A DNA stretch of 64,000 bases, from assembly GCA_040954595.2 (NCBI GenBank), contig CM082581.2:11282286-11346285 (forward strand). The letters are read 5' to 3'. The notes below the pieces were generated by a model. That model saw nothing but the letters and a program-made list of their open reading frames with translations. It did no database searches and was not told where the DNA came from. Both the position numbers and the translations under genes were made by a program. Source of the DNA: Balanoglossus misakiensis. Its lineage: Eukaryota; Animalia; Hemichordata. Positions 62,711 through 64,000 of the stretch are shown one piece after another. Each line of letters begins with the position of its first letter. Within the stretch, counting starts at the first letter, position 1.

Positions 62711-63906
62711 TTGGTAACGGTTCAGACAGGGAAACCCAAGGGGATCAAACTCGAAAACTCCATCCTTCTTTAACTTAGTTTAGAGTCATCGAAAATTTCA
62801 TTCCAATCTCTCTAGGTCAGAAGCAATGTTTTCGATTGAATGGCCATCGTTAATCCGCTGCCGAATTTTTCTTCAAGTGGTGTGTATGTTTCCGACAAAG
62901 CAAATTTTTGATCCCTAACGATCTGTTTGATGTCGAATCATCGCGCGTTCAAAGTTAGAGAAGGTTCGCCGCGACTGACTATTTGCGATGCTCAGTCGAT
63001 CGAGAAGTACCTGTTTCAGCGATGCGAGCTTTTCCTCCGCCCGGAAAACTTAACATGTTCTGTGACGGTCGTGTTGAGACTGCTGCGGGCAAGATAAAAC
63101 GATTGTTTCTGTGAAATTGCCAGAATCGCGCGTTTGCGGAGTCGAACTAATCTTGCGTTAACATCTTCAAGGCTCATCAGCGCGTACCTTTTCCCCCCAG
63201 AGGCATTGCCCTTGTTTTGTGGGAGTTTCCTTTGTGTGTAACCGAGCGCAGCGTGCGATTTTAGTTCTTGAAACACCATATCAGTCCGACCACCACACCT
63301 TTGATCAATTGCCGAATGTCTATAATTGTATACATATTCACAGTAATGCAGTTTAACATGCAAGTTCGGCATACGAAAAATTCAAAGAGAATTTCCAGAA
63401 AAGAAGGAAACTATCACACATGAGGAGATGAAACCCGTACTTAATAATAATAATGACATCGCAACAGAGCTTCCAGACAGGCGTCGCGAACATTCGCAAA
63501 GTAATTTGACGAGTTGTTAATTATTCAAGTCTCAGTCCTGGACAGTTCCGGTAATGGATGTCTGACGCGTGATCCTGCATTTTTGGTGGTAGTCATGCGG
63601 TCCGCAAATCCATCATTACAACTTTCCAGTCAGTCGTTTAAAGCGAAAAAGTCTATATCTGTGTTATGCGTCACTAAAATAGCCCGCAGTTGTTGCTGCA
63701 AATAGCACATTACACATCAAGCAATCTAAAGCCTTCCCGAACGTCGGCATAGATTCTCGCCAGTATTTTACTTTGCCTTCCAGCATTTTGTGAGAGACAT
63801 TGTAGCCTAGCAACAAGACTTTGCATAACCTCTCTGCCAATGATTCATATCCTCGCCTTATCGCACACACTACTTTGTCTTCATATCGATTTTTTATCAT
63901 CATCAC
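62711..63906 (-). pseudogene. Decayed coding relic, possibly transposon-derived
   Basis: Collinear protein-like fragments (63906-63664; 63372-63016; a frameshifted continuation KLASLKQVLLDRLSIANSQ...KKDGVFEFDPLGFPCLNRYQ with several in-frame stops). No catalytic motif recognised. Confidence 0.3.
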
Positions 63907-64000
63907 TCCTATTTTATAGATATTACATATCGCCAGTCAATCCCAACAATCCACAATTGGAATTGATTGCCTCTAGTCGGCGATAATAATATAACTCGAC

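Overview
Intron-rich, AT-rich eukaryotic (animal) genomic DNA, probably from an invertebrate deuterostome. That placement is an inference from gene content and exon structure. I assembled six complete multi-exon genes by hand; all have GT-AG introns and consistent phases. In order: FANK1 (-), head-to-head with UBOX5/RNF37 (+); a cluster of three nicotinic-acetylcholine-receptor-like Cys-loop subunits (two with vicinal Cys, one without); and an SLC23/NAT-family transporter (-). The last ~13 kb has no recognisable intact protein gene. Main leads: (1) the two alpha-like subunits have lost loop A Tyr93, loop C Tyr190 and the K145/D200 partners, and all three have altered pore residues, which suggests a non-classical ligand or gating; (2) the neighbouring NAT transporter has Ala at the Q/E/P specificity position and has lost the TM3 aromatic residue; (3) a candidate unannotated Pol III structured RNA at ~57.1-57.3 kb; (4) RFX X-boxes and cryptic exons in FANK1 intron 2, and a divergent pair of CTCF-like motifs inside the receptor cluster. 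No searches or folding programs were run. Orthology, structures and regulatory calls are by eye.
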